Source of the DNA: a virus
Taxonomy: Duplodnaviria > Caudoviricetes
Length of the DNA stretch: 41,120 nucleotides
Strand: one strand, 5' to 3'
Virus record (IMG/VR): IMGVR_UViG_3300020045_007165
Span: 1 to 41,120 of that record
Under the pieces are notes generated by a model that was not told where the DNA came from, searched no databases, and saw nothing but the letters and a program-made list of their open reading frames with translations. Of this stretch, positions 23,234 through 33,600 are shown piece after piece (position 1 is the stretch's first letter; each line of letters begins with the position of its first letter). Position numbers and translations under genes: made by a program.

Positions 23234-24163
23234 ATGACTAGCACTACTATTTCACCATCCCTTGACCAAGGGCAATTACAGAATTTCCAAGATTCTTTCT
23301 TTCATCTGGCACAACAAGACAAATCGCGTCTTGAATCCACTCGCGCAGTTGTTTATCTGCCTTCAAAAGGCAAAGTAAATAACTTCGCACGCATCGGTCG
23401 CCTTGACCTTATCGAGACTGCAACCCGCAATCCTGATAAGCAATTTGCTGACTACGCACTGGATAACCGCCAGCTCACCAAACGCCGCTTTACTTTGACG
23501 GTTCAGATTGATGCGAAATACGACATCAACGAACTGATTAAAGACCCAACGAGCGACATCCTGAAACAACTCGTAAACGCAAAAGGTCGCACAATTGACC
23601 GCGTTATCGTGGCTGCTTCGGTTGGTGCGGTTCTCACGGGTTCGCCTGATGCTGCTCTCACTTCGACTTCTGCTGCAACTGACGGTGTAGTTACCGTGGA
23701 TGCTTCGGCTGGCTTGACATATGAGAAGATTCAGGAAGTCACCCAGAACTTCATCAATAACGACCTTGGCTACGATATGATTAAAGGCTCTGTCCTTTGC
23801 ATCTCCGGTGCTGAAAACACTGATTTGATGAGCGAAGTTGAATTTATCAGCAACGACTATATCTCTGGCAAGCCAGTAGAAACAGGCGTGATGATGAACG
23901 CAGGCACTTATCAAGTCGTACTGTTTGCTGGTTCTGTCCTCGGCGGTGTGACGGTGCTTAACCCAATCCTTCCCGAAGGTGCTACCCTTCGTGATTGCGT
24001 TGTGCTTGCGCCTGAATCGGTTGCTGTTTCTATGGAAGTGAATTTGCTGGGTGTTGAGAAATCGGCAACCAAAGTTAATTCGTGGGATATCACCATCGAC
24101 TTGTGGCTGAACGCTATGCGTACTGAGGGTGTGCGTGTTCAGAAAATCCAAACAACCATTTAG
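23234..24163 (+). CDS. Major capsid protein
   Basis: F......QQ..SRL, DPTS, GRTID.VI and terminal A.R.E...V motifs of podovirus-type MCPs; strong RBS. Confidence 0.88.
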   Translation: MTSTTISPSLDQGQLQNFQDSFFHLAQQDKSRLESTRAVVYLPSKGKVNNFARIGRLDLIETATRNPDKQFADYALDNRQLTKRRFTLTVQIDAKYDINELIKDPTSDILKQLVNAKGRTIDRVIVAASVGAVLTGSPDAALTSTSAATDGVVTVDASAGLTYEKIQEVTQNFINNDLGYDMIKGSVLCISGAENTDLMSEVEFISNDYISGKPVETGVMMNAGTYQVVLFAGSVLGGVTVLNPILPEGATLRDCVVLAPESVAVSMEVNLLGVEKSATKVNSWDITIDLWLNAMRTEGVRVQKIQTTI

Positions 24164-24171
24164 GAGGATTT

Positions 24172-24717
24172 ATGAGCAGAGTACCACAAAACAGAATCGC
24201 TACGCTGGAGGATTATATTCCGGCTACTGATTTGAACTCGCTTGCCGCAACCGCTGCTGAACTAAACGCTAAATGTGACAGGTCTGCACAGGTAGTTTCT
24301 TTAACTGCAACAGCTTCTATTACACAGACCGCCCATGAGGGGCGTGTGCTTATCGTAACTGGAACGGCTGCTGCGGCATATACTTTGCCGGAAGCGACTG
24401 GCTCTGGTGATAGATACAAGTTTATCATGGGGCAAGTTAATACAAACGGAACAACGTTTGTAGCGGCAGATACGACTAACTGTTCTTATCACGGAAAGAT
24501 TAACAATCTTGACGTAGATTCCAATGCTGCAACTGCTTATTTCACCGTAACGGCGGGGGGCACTGATACAGTGACTTTTGACGGGACAACTAAAGGTGGG
24601 CAAATTGGTGACTTTGTAGAATTCGTAGATATTGCTACAGACCAATGGGCTGTTTCGGGCGAGGTGCGTTGTCCGGCTGGTTCAAACGTTGCTAGTCCTT
24701 TTAGCTCGGCTGCGTAA
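24172..24717 (+). CDS. Putative capsid decoration/fibre protein
   Basis: Ala/Thr-rich beta protein, TLP.ATGSG..Y.F; RBS AGGAGG. Confidence 0.6.
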   Translation: MSRVPQNRIATLEDYIPATDLNSLAATAAELNAKCDRSAQVVSLTATASITQTAHEGRVLIVTGTAAAAYTLPEATGSGDRYKFIMGQVNTNGTTFVAADTTNCSYHGKINNLDVDSNAATAYFTVTAGGTDTVTFDGTTKGGQIGDFVEFVDIATDQWAVSGEVRCPAGSNVASPFSSAA

Positions 24718-24743
24718 ATAATTTTTAACTAAGGAGAATTAAC

Positions 24744-25244
24744 ATGGCTACAGGTATTCGCTCTAACGGGTTTACGGAATATCCGACTAACCCTATTAAC
24801 AGTGTTGGCAAGCAACTCGTCACCACTTTCTACAAAAAAACCATCGCAACGGGTGCGGGGACTAATACCCTCCATATTCTTGCAGGCCCACTTAGCTACG
24901 ATTGCACCATTCGTAAAATCGTAGGTGCTACCCCTGCTTTGACATCTGCCAACAACAATGACCTTGGCTTTTGGAAAAAGAATGAGGATGGCACTTTTAC
25001 AGCGATTGATGCTGATATTATGTGGGATGGTGTTGACCTTTCATCCGCGCTTACCTATCGTGATTTGCTACAGACGCTCAACACGTCTTTAGACGCTGAC
25101 GATAATATTGGCACGTTACTTGGTCTGGGTTCTGACCAAATGCCTGCCGGTGGTGTGTATCTGGGGCTTTACATTCAGACCGCTTCTACGGCGGCTTCTG
25201 AGGTTCTGTTCCTCGAAATCGGTATCGAGCAAGGTAACTTCTAA
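24744..25244 (+). CDS. Putative capsid decoration/cement protein
   Basis: Position after MCP, before terminator; RBS AAGGAG. Confidence 0.6.
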   Translation: MATGIRSNGFTEYPTNPINSVGKQLVTTFYKKTIATGAGTNTLHILAGPLSYDCTIRKIVGATPALTSANNNDLGFWKKNEDGTFTAIDADIMWDGVDLSSALTYRDLLQTLNTSLDADDNIGTLLGLGSDQMPAGGVYLGLYIQTASTAASEVLFLEIGIEQGNF

Positions 25245-25250
25245 TTATAC

Positions 25251-25280
25251 AGGCGTGGGGGAAACCTCACGCCTTTCTTT
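25251..25280 (+). terminator. Intrinsic terminator after the capsid genes
   Basis: aggcgtgggg-GAAA-cctcacgcct-ttcttt. Confidence 0.85.
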
Positions 25281-25292
25281 CAGGTGTGGATT

Positions 25293-25913
25293 ATGGCTTT
25301 AGGAAGTAAGGTTGACATCTGTAATCTAGCTTTAGGAAATCTCGGGAATTATGGGACTGTTTCCGACATTGACGTGCCTACTAATGACAAAGAAATCACC
25401 TTTGCGCTCTGGTATGATATTTCCCGCCAAGCACTCTTGAAAATGACCATGCCTAACTTTGCTCTCGCCCGTGTGTTGGTGAGCGAGTTGGTCGTCACTA
25501 TCCCCTTCGGGTATGATTATGCCTTTGAATACCCCATAGATTGCCTAAAAGTTTTAGGGCTTGGCAATGTTGAGGACAGGGCGGATTATATTTATTCAGT
25601 CGAAGGCAACCAGATTCTCACGGATGATGAATGGGAAGATGGGCTTGAGCTTCGCTATATCAAAGACGTGACGGATGTAAATTCCATGTCGCCTGAGTTT
25701 AAGATGGTGCTGGGGCTTTACCTTGCGGGAAATGTAGCGATGGACATTACACAGGATGCGAATAAAAAGGCATTAATTGAGAAGATGCTGCCTGCAAAAA
25801 TAGCTGAATTATCTGGTCTTAACGCCCAAGAGAACAGACCCATTCGCGTAAGTAACTCACTATTCAAGGCTGCCAGACACGGCGTAATATCCCGCAACGC
25901 CCAAAAGAAGTGA
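25293..25913 (+). CDS. Tail tubular protein A / adaptor (T7 gp11-like)
   Basis: VDICNLAL..LG, NFA, Y.YAF.YP.DCLK and L.Y motifs. Confidence 0.85.
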   Translation: MALGSKVDICNLALGNLGNYGTVSDIDVPTNDKEITFALWYDISRQALLKMTMPNFALARVLVSELVVTIPFGYDYAFEYPIDCLKVLGLGNVEDRADYIYSVEGNQILTDDEWEDGLELRYIKDVTDVNSMSPEFKMVLGLYLAGNVAMDITQDANKKALIEKMLPAKIAELSGLNAQENRPIRVSNSLFKAARHGVISRNAQKK

Positions 25914-25919
25914 GGACTC

Positions 25920-28190
25920 ATGAAAGTCGTCACCTCATATAACAACTTCGCAAGGGCTAAGATAGACCATGATATGAGTGGGCGATATGACTTGCCTATT
26001 TACTCCACGGGTACGGACGAGTTCCGCAATTTCATCTCAAACTTCAAAGGCAATGCAATCTATCGGTGTGGGTTTGAGAACATGCTCGCCCATCAAGACT
26101 GCGCTTTAATCGAGTTTAAGTTTTCCGACAACCAGAATTACATCCTTGTGATGTACAATACCGTAATGCGGTTCCTTTCCTATGATATTAATGGAAATTT
26201 CGGATGGGTGCTAAACGGTGGCGCTACGCCTTTGGAAGTGACAACTCCCTACACACTGGCAGAATCGAAAGAGATTGCCTTCCGTAAATCCTACACCCAA
26301 AACTCAGATGTGATGATTATCACCCACGAAGACCATGAGCCTCGTAAACTCGTAAGATTGGCCGCGAATGACTTTACCTTCAATACTTATTCAAGAAAAG
26401 ATGACCCGTTTCCCCTGACGTGGCAGGCAACTAAAGCAATTACAGGGGTGACGCAGGCAACGGCTGGCGTTGTAACAGCAGTGGCGCACGGGTATTCTAC
26501 GGGCGATAGGGTCAAGATTGCTGGCATTACTGGCATGACCGAATTGAACGGATACACCGCGAGAGTGATTGTTCTCACAGCAGATACATTTTCTATTGAT
26601 GTTGATACCACCACGTTTACGGCCTATTCGGCCAATGGAACGGCAGCGAAGGTGCTTACAGGCGATTATCCCTCTGTAGCTTTATTCTACAAGGGCAGGC
26701 TTAATTACGCTGCCTCACGGCTTAAAATAACAACCATATGGATGAGTGAGTCGGGCTTCTACTATGTGCACACCCTTCCGGCCACTGTGACGGATGCTTC
26801 GGCCATTCAGATTACTCTGGCGGAAATAGCCCAACGGATTGAGTGGCTGTTTGCGGGGGATAATAGTCTGATAGCTGGCGCGGGGGATGGGATAGTAGCG
26901 ATAAACGGCGGCGGGGTAGGCACTCCAATTACTTCGGCAACGATTGAGGCGAGCCTTACTCCCTGCGATGGGACGAATGGTGCGGAGCCGCATAAGAAAG
27001 ACCGGTATATCTTTTACATCGGCAAGGATGGGCGCAATCTTTACTTCTTCAATTATGACATTCTCACCGAGACTTTCATTGCCGAGGATGCGAACATTCT
27101 GAGCTACGACATTACCCGTGGTGGTGTGACGAAATTCCGCCATGTGAAGGATAGGAATGATATTGTTTATTGCCTGCGGGGAGATGGGGAGTTTTGCTCG
27201 GTGAATTTCAACGTATCTGAGAAGATTGTCGGCTGGCATGAGCACGATACCGAGGGGCTTTTCAAAGATTTGGTGCAGATAAGCGATAATGACGGTAAGG
27301 AGCAGTTATTCACGCTCACGCTCAGGAACAGCGTTTATTATATCGAGAGACTTGCGCCTTATGTTGAGTTTGTGGCAAGGAATGACTTTTTCACCGATGA
27401 TGAAGCTGAGGACGAGGAAGCCTATACCCGCTATATCGCAGAACAATTAAAGGGCTGTATCTTTCTAGACAACTCTGAAACGGTGAGCAATCTTAAATCC
27501 ACCACTATAACTTATAGCTCAGGCGCGGGGACAATCACGGCGGGTGCAGCTTCGTTTTCCTCTGGGGACGTTGGTAAACATATCGTCTATAAAACCACCA
27601 CAGGCTATGAATCTGGCAGGTTCCTGATTACAGCTTATACCAGTACCACGGTTGTTTCAGTGAGTGTATTACAGACACCCACGGCAAACGTTTATTCGAG
27701 TTGGTATTTGACATTCAGCACTATCAGCGGGCTTTCACGCTTCAATGGCTTGGAAATTGGCGTAGTGACGGACGGCGGATTCTTGGATACATTTACCGTA
27801 TCTGGGGGTGCGATTGACCTTGAAGACCAAGTTACTCATGCAGTTGTGGGGTACATATACCGTGGGCTAATCAAATCTTTCTCATTAGGATTCATGGTTC
27901 AAGGGGAAAATACACAAACGACTATGAAGGCTATCAGTCGAGTGGGCGTAAGGATGGTGACTTCCGCTGGTGGTAACATTGGTTCAAGTCCCTACGCTTT
28001 AGAAGCGGTGCAGGAGCTTTCGCAGAATGATTTGAACTACCTCCCTCCACTGCCGATTGATGGCACGAAATACGTTACTTACTCTGACGACAACCAGAAG
28101 GATAAATATTTTTACATCGTTCAAGACGAGCCGTTGCCGCTGCATGTCGTGGCGGTGATGGTGGATTGTAGCTACAGTTTCACACGGTAA
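25920..28190 (+). CDS. Tail tubular protein B / nozzle (T7 gp12 or P22 gp10-like)
   Basis: NF.......GR.D, YTQ..DVM, YPS...F...RL, GWH.H, EPLPL.V. Confidence 0.88.
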   Translation: MKVVTSYNNFARAKIDHDMSGRYDLPIYSTGTDEFRNFISNFKGNAIYRCGFENMLAHQDCALIEFKFSDNQNYILVMYNTVMRFLSYDINGNFGWVLNGGATPLEVTTPYTLAESKEIAFRKSYTQNSDVMIITHEDHEPRKLVRLAANDFTFNTYSRKDDPFPLTWQATKAITGVTQATAGVVTAVAHGYSTGDRVKIAGITGMTELNGYTARVIVLTADTFSIDVDTTTFTAYSANGTAAKVLTGDYPSVALFYKGRLNYAASRLKITTIWMSESGFYYVHTLPATVTDASAIQITLAEIAQRIEWLFAGDNSLIAGAGDGIVAINGGGVGTPITSATIEASLTPCDGTNGAEPHKKDRYIFYIGKDGRNLYFFNYDILTETFIAEDANILSYDITRGGVTKFRHVKDRNDIVYCLRGDGEFCSVNFNVSEKIVGWHEHDTEGLFKDLVQISDNDGKEQLFTLTLRNSVYYIERLAPYVEFVARNDFFTDDEAEDEEAYTRYIAEQLKGCIFLDNSETVSNLKSTTITYSSGAGTITAGAASFSSGDVGKHIVYKTTTGYESGRFLITAYTSTTVVSVSVLQTPTANVYSSWYLTFSTISGLSRFNGLEIGVVTDGGFLDTFTVSGGAIDLEDQVTHAVVGYIYRGLIKSFSLGFMVQGENTQTTMKAISRVGVRMVTSAGGNIGSSPYALEAVQELSQNDLNYLPPLPIDGTKYVTYSDDNQKDKYFYIVQDEPLPLHVVAVMVDCSYSFTR

Positions 28191-28193
28191 ATT

Positions 28194-28592
28194 ATGATAC
28201 GCGAGTTTACAAAAGAGGATTTAGAGAATTTTCAGCCGAATGATTACAGCTCGCCGGATGATATTAAATATGTGTTCGAGGATGAGGCATGGTGGCTATA
28301 TACACTTGAGAATAAAGGAATAAAGGCTATAATGGCATTCAGGGAAGCGGAAGAAAACGAATGGGCGATATTTGCGTTAATATCTAAATATTTTACAGCA
28401 AGGGACAGTGTGGAGATGAAAGCGTTTATACATAGGGCGGAAGCGGTTTTGAAGCCTAAAAAGGTGTGGACGTTCTCACTGCCTATCGTGAAAACGGATA
28501 ACTGGCATAAATGGCTTGGATTCGTATTTGAAAAGCCTTTTGAATTTATGGGTAGAAATTATAATATGTGGGTGAAGTATGAAACCGTTTAG
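28194..28592 (+). CDS. GNAT-fold virion assembly protein (T7 gp13-like)
   Basis: Synteny; W..WLGF.FE motif. Confidence 0.65.
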   Translation: MIREFTKEDLENFQPNDYSSPDDIKYVFEDEAWWLYTLENKGIKAIMAFREAEENEWAIFALISKYFTARDSVEMKAFIHRAEAVLKPKKVWTFSLPIVKTDNWHKWLGFVFEKPFEFMGRNYNMWVKYETV

Positions 28593-29076
28593 TAGTACAG
28601 GCAGTTTTGCTGGTGATTTGCTTAGGATGGGCGTTGCGTTTGACCCTATGACCGCCGTGATGGTAGGGCTTAGTGTGGTAAGTGCTGCATCGCAAATGTC
28701 ATCTGCAAAAAAACAGGCCAAAGCGACCATAGCCGAAGGTAACATTGTCGCTGCAAACAAAGCTAAGGACATTGCGCGTAAGACCGCAACTCAACGTGTA
28801 TCATTCCTAAACTCAGGGCTTACGCTTGAAGGCACTCCCATGAATGCCATTGATTCTACCTTCAACACGGGGCTTGAGGATATTGCGGGGATTAGTAATG
28901 CCTACAATATGCAGGCCAAGAATCAGATAGCAGCCGGAAGAAGTGCGGCTATTGGTAGTTTGGCCAGCGGGTTTTCGAGTTTTGCTATGCCTGACTTGGG
29001 ATTTGGCACTGGATTTTCGGGATATGATTCAACAACGATGGCCGCTGGTACGGCTTGGCAGAATCCTGGGGCTTAA
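28579..29076 (+). CDS. Internal virion (ejection) protein, gp14-like
   Basis: DP.T...G.S..SA..Q and SG..LEGTP motifs; start may be downstream. Confidence 0.75.
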   Translation: MKPFSSTGSFAGDLLRMGVAFDPMTAVMVGLSVVSAASQMSSAKKQAKATIAEGNIVAANKAKDIARKTATQRVSFLNSGLTLEGTPMNAIDSTFNTGLEDIAGISNAYNMQAKNQIAAGRSAAIGSLASGFSSFAMPDLGFGTGFSGYDSTTMAAGTAWQNPGA

Positions 29077-30639
29077 ATGGCAAATCGTGACCTAAACAAT
29101 AACAGAACATTCACTAACGTAGTCGCCCCTGCGCCGGATACGCTCGTTCCTGCTATAGCTGAATTTGGACAACAAATCATCAGACAATCACAAGAGGCGA
29201 AGATTGTTGAGAATATGTCAGCGGCTCAACTGGAGATTGGCAAACTGTCGAATGATTTTCAGATTCAGTACGAAGGCGACCCTTTTAACGAGCAGGGGCT
29301 TAAAGATTTCAAATCACAACGCCAAGGCATATTGGATAAATACGGCTCAGGCATAAGCCCGTTCTTCGGCAGGCAGTGGAAGGATAACGCCTTTAAGATT
29401 GCAAGCCAGAACGATACTCAGGTGAATGCGTGGGGGTATAAGCAGGCGGCGAGTAATGCCAAGACGAGCCTTGTAAACACCGCACAAAATAACCTGAATC
29501 AAACGGCGATTGACGGTGAGAGGTTTGCCCGTGGTGAGATTGATATTGCCGAGGCATTATTCAATGTTCATAATTCAATGGATACGCTGCGCGAGCATGG
29601 TAATGCTAATTTAGGCACTGAATCGACAGATGCGATTATCCATGATTTAGGGCAAGACCACATCAAAACCTTCATTTCCAGTGTTGCCAAAGAGAATCCA
29701 GTAGCTGCGCTCCGTCTTATGGATAACGAGGGAGTGCAGGCTGAAATTACTAACCGTGACGAGTTTGCCAAGTTTCGCGAGGCTATCGAAACCCGCGCCA
29801 TGAATTTTCAGGATGTAGCAAAACAAACGGAAGTGCTTGATATGATGAAGGGTGAGAACGCGCTTTTAGTCAGCGGAAAAACCCTCACCTACGCCCAGAT
29901 GCAGCAAGCCTCAAGCAAGATGTCCGAGCCTGCGCGTGATTACTTCATGAAGATAAATGGCTACTCGAAAGAGGGTGGCGATGGTCGTGCTTTTAAGATG
30001 GACGAGAAGTTGCAATACAAAGCCTCTATTTATGACAGGATGACACAGTTATCCAATCAAGAGGACATATCCCCTGATGATATTCAATCCCTGCAAAATG
30101 ATATTTACTACGGAATGCGTAAGGGCGCGATTACGCAGGAAGAAGGCGCAAGTTATTTAACTCAACTCATAGACCCCGCCATTGCCCAGAAAGAGGAGGA
30201 TTTATCGCAATTCTCAACGGGGCAGTGGAATCCATTTAAAAGTAACACTGGATTCAAAGAGTTACAATCGTTCTTCACTGATAAAATGGAAATCAAGCCA
30301 GCGGAAGGTGAAGAAGAAGTTGGCACATTATCCAAGGGGATTAATGCTACGAACAAAGCGAATCTCTATGATAACTACTGGAACTCACTACAGCGTCAGG
30401 CTGCAAAGGCAAATGTTCCTGTAGCGGATATTGGCAAGCTTCCTAACCGTGATGAGATTTACGCCACCGCACAGAAAGAAGCGCAGCAGCAATCAATGGC
30501 GCGTTCATCGCCTGTGCTTAAAGTGCAGCCAAGTATTCCTATGATAGCGATTAAAAAGCTTATAGCCAATCCTGAGAAGGCAAGTGATTTTGATGAAATG
30601 TTTGGAGTGGGTGCAGCAAATAGGGTGTTGGGAAAATGA
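29077..30639 (+). CDS. Internal virion (ejection) protein, gp15-like
   Basis: 520-aa helical protein; synteny; C-terminal FDE.FG.GAA.RVL. Confidence 0.7.
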   Translation: MANRDLNNNRTFTNVVAPAPDTLVPAIAEFGQQIIRQSQEAKIVENMSAAQLEIGKLSNDFQIQYEGDPFNEQGLKDFKSQRQGILDKYGSGISPFFGRQWKDNAFKIASQNDTQVNAWGYKQAASNAKTSLVNTAQNNLNQTAIDGERFARGEIDIAEALFNVHNSMDTLREHGNANLGTESTDAIIHDLGQDHIKTFISSVAKENPVAALRLMDNEGVQAEITNRDEFAKFREAIETRAMNFQDVAKQTEVLDMMKGENALLVSGKTLTYAQMQQASSKMSEPARDYFMKINGYSKEGGDGRAFKMDEKLQYKASIYDRMTQLSNQEDISPDDIQSLQNDIYYGMRKGAITQEEGASYLTQLIDPAIAQKEEDLSQFSTGQWNPFKSNTGFKELQSFFTDKMEIKPAEGEEEVGTLSKGINATNKANLYDNYWNSLQRQAAKANVPVADIGKLPNRDEIYATAQKEAQQQSMARSSPVLKVQPSIPMIAIKKLIANPEKASDFDEMFGVGAANRVLGK

Positions 30640-33600
30640 GTAATTTCTTCGCAGAAGATGTAGCTACTCCACAAAACGGCAATTACTTTGCCGATACAGT
30701 CGCGTCCGTGCCAATTAACGATAATGAGATTGATGTTATCCACCGTACGAATAGCCCACTGAAAGAAACGCCAAGCTCCTTCGGGTTGGTGGATATTCCA
30801 GTCGATTTCACAGCGGGGATATTTAAACCTGTTGCCGAGTTACCAGCTATCGGCGGTGGGCTTCTTGTCGAAACTGGCGAGCTAACCAAAGGGATGCAGG
30901 GCAAATCCACCATTGATATTGCGAAACAATCCTTCACCAAGCGAATAATCGAGAATATGAAGGAAGAAGATTTCGGCGTAAAGGGGGTGTTACAGTCTGT
31001 TTGGGGGGCGCAAAAGGACGCACTTTTAAGCCTATTTTCTGATGGTACAGTCCCCGAAGTAATGCAGAATGCTGGCAATGCAATGGTAGCGCAGAATCAA
31101 GCAGCACTTGATGCGCTCGGAATATCCCGCAAAGGCGGAACAAGTGTTGCGTATGATGTGGGTAATGCGTTCGGGCAGGTGGCATTAACTGTAGGATTAA
31201 CCTTTGCTAGAAAGAATCCGAAAGTGGCGGCAGGTTACATGACCGCACTGATTAACACACAGGATTACGCCGAGGCTCGTAAGGCCGGGAAAGACCCAGA
31301 GGAGGCGGCTTCGATTGCAGCTGCATCAGCTTATGGGCAGGGGCTTATTGAGTTACTAGGTGGCAAAGTATTCCTTGGAGCAGCGGCGGGTAGCTCGTTG
31401 CTTCGTAAGGTGATTATCCGCTCAACCGGACAATCGGCGGAAGAAGCCACGCAGGGCGTTGTCGAGGAATCCATCAAGGGAATTTCTGGCGTTCGTGATA
31501 CGGGAATGCAGGAAAAAATAACCAATATCGGTTATCAGGCGATGCTTGGATTTGTGGCTGGTGTCCCTATTTCTGCGGTGGTGTCGAAGATTGAGGAAGG
31601 CGGAAAAGCGGCGGGACTTGATGACGCGCAGATAAAAGATTTAGCGGATAATCTGGTGAAGAATAAGGATGAAATTATTGATGCTGCCACTGTCATCATT
31701 GACAAAGAAGCCGCTGGTCTAACCAATGACGCACCCGCAAAAGCCGAAACTCTAAAAGCCGTAAAGCAAGTATTCGCTGATGACGCTGCTTTAGAGGAGC
31801 AGATGAAAAAGGGTGGAACGCAAGACCCGCAACTAGCGGCGAAGATGATATTGAAGTCGCCCGATACCAGCTTGGAAACCAAGGCGGCTATTGCGAATCT
31901 TGGTGATAATTACACAATGGATGAATTGAAGGCAGCGGTTGATGGGTTGAAGGTGGAATCAGCGGCTCGCGCCAATGAAGCTATTACGCCGATTATGGAG
32001 CAGGAAAAAGCTGAACAGCAAAAGCAGATAGCAAATATTCAAGCGGAGACGGATGATATATCTACAAATCTCCTGCGTGAAGTTACTGCATTGCAAGAAA
32101 GCAAAGCCATTGTTGACCCCGATGTTCTTGGTATGCTTGAAAATACCAGAGCATTATTGCAAGAGCAGCGCACAACGCCGAAACCCGTTAGCCTTATTGC
32201 TTTCCTTAAAAGCAAAGGGGGAATCCGCGATAATGATGCGCGAGAAAATAGCAGTGTCGATATGTTTGGCAATACAAGCATCAATAGGCGCGGTGCAGGC
32301 GGTGAGCTTGAAACAATGGGGATGAAAAATCGTGCCAAGAATGGTGCTCGCAATGATAAGACGGGGCTTGATTTGGACATGGCACGGGAGGCGGCGGCGG
32401 AGGCTGGCTATATAGATATGGATTCGACCGTAGCAGATTTTCTTGTTGCGGTTGAGAATGATTTCAAATCACCAAATTCAGTCATTGCAGAACAGGATGT
32501 TGGTAATCAATCCAAACTAGATGAAATTGACAACATACTTTCCAAACTTGATAAGGAGCTTGGCGATAAGGACGTTACTTATAATAGGAATATGCTTAAA
32601 GATTTGCGCCGCCGTGTTGCTGCGAATAGAAAGGTTGATAAAAGGGTCGCCCGTGAAATTAAGGCGCGGGAAGCGGAGCTAAATCGTCTTGAATCCGACA
32701 AGCGGGCTGTCGCAAAATCGCCGCCTGCAATCCTAGCCAACAAATTAAAAACCTTTATCTCTGGGCTTCGGGAGGGGACGTATCTTGGCAGGAAAGAGGC
32801 TGCTGATGTGCAGAACATCCTCATTGATATGATAGAGAGGTCTGGCATTGATGCTGCTGAACGCGCCCAATTTATCCGCATAATTAAGAACACACAAACT
32901 ATTGAGCAGTTGCAAACAAAACTACCGGAAATTGTAAAGCGTGTAGAGCGTTTACTGGAAAAATCCAAACGGTCTGCCATTGTCTCACACATAAAGAAAG
33001 TGGTTGATAGTGTGAAAGACAGCAATGTTATTGCAGTGGATTTTGCCAAGCAGATACAAAGCCTTGTAAATGAGATTGACACGAGCAAGCGCACGGAAAA
33101 AACAATTAATTCCCTGCAAAAAACTCTGGACTATATGCAGCGCAACCCAGATGCAGAAATGCCTAAGCGCATATTGAAGAAGCTTGAAATACTGAATAAG
33201 AAGCCACTGGAAGATATTACGACACAGGAGCTTCAAGATATTTCTGATGCTATTGATACCCTTGTCAAGCGCGGGAAATTGAAGCTAACCTTATTGGAAA
33301 ATCAAAAGGAGAGACTGAAAGAAAAGCGCATTGAGGAGCTTCAAAAATCCTCTGTTCCACTAAGTGATAGGAGCGTCAAGAAAGCAAAGATTGGTGAGCG
33401 TCTATCTATAATGGACAGGATAAAGAACAAATATATAGAAAAGAGAAACCGTGCGTCCCGTTTGGGGCTGGCGACAAATCCTATGGATGTGTTTTTCGAT
33501 ATGCTCGATGGGGACAAGAATTACAAAGGCGCAAATCACAAGATTTTCAAGCAAGCCGTGGATAAGTCATTCTCGAAATATCTTGACCTTAAAGAATCAG

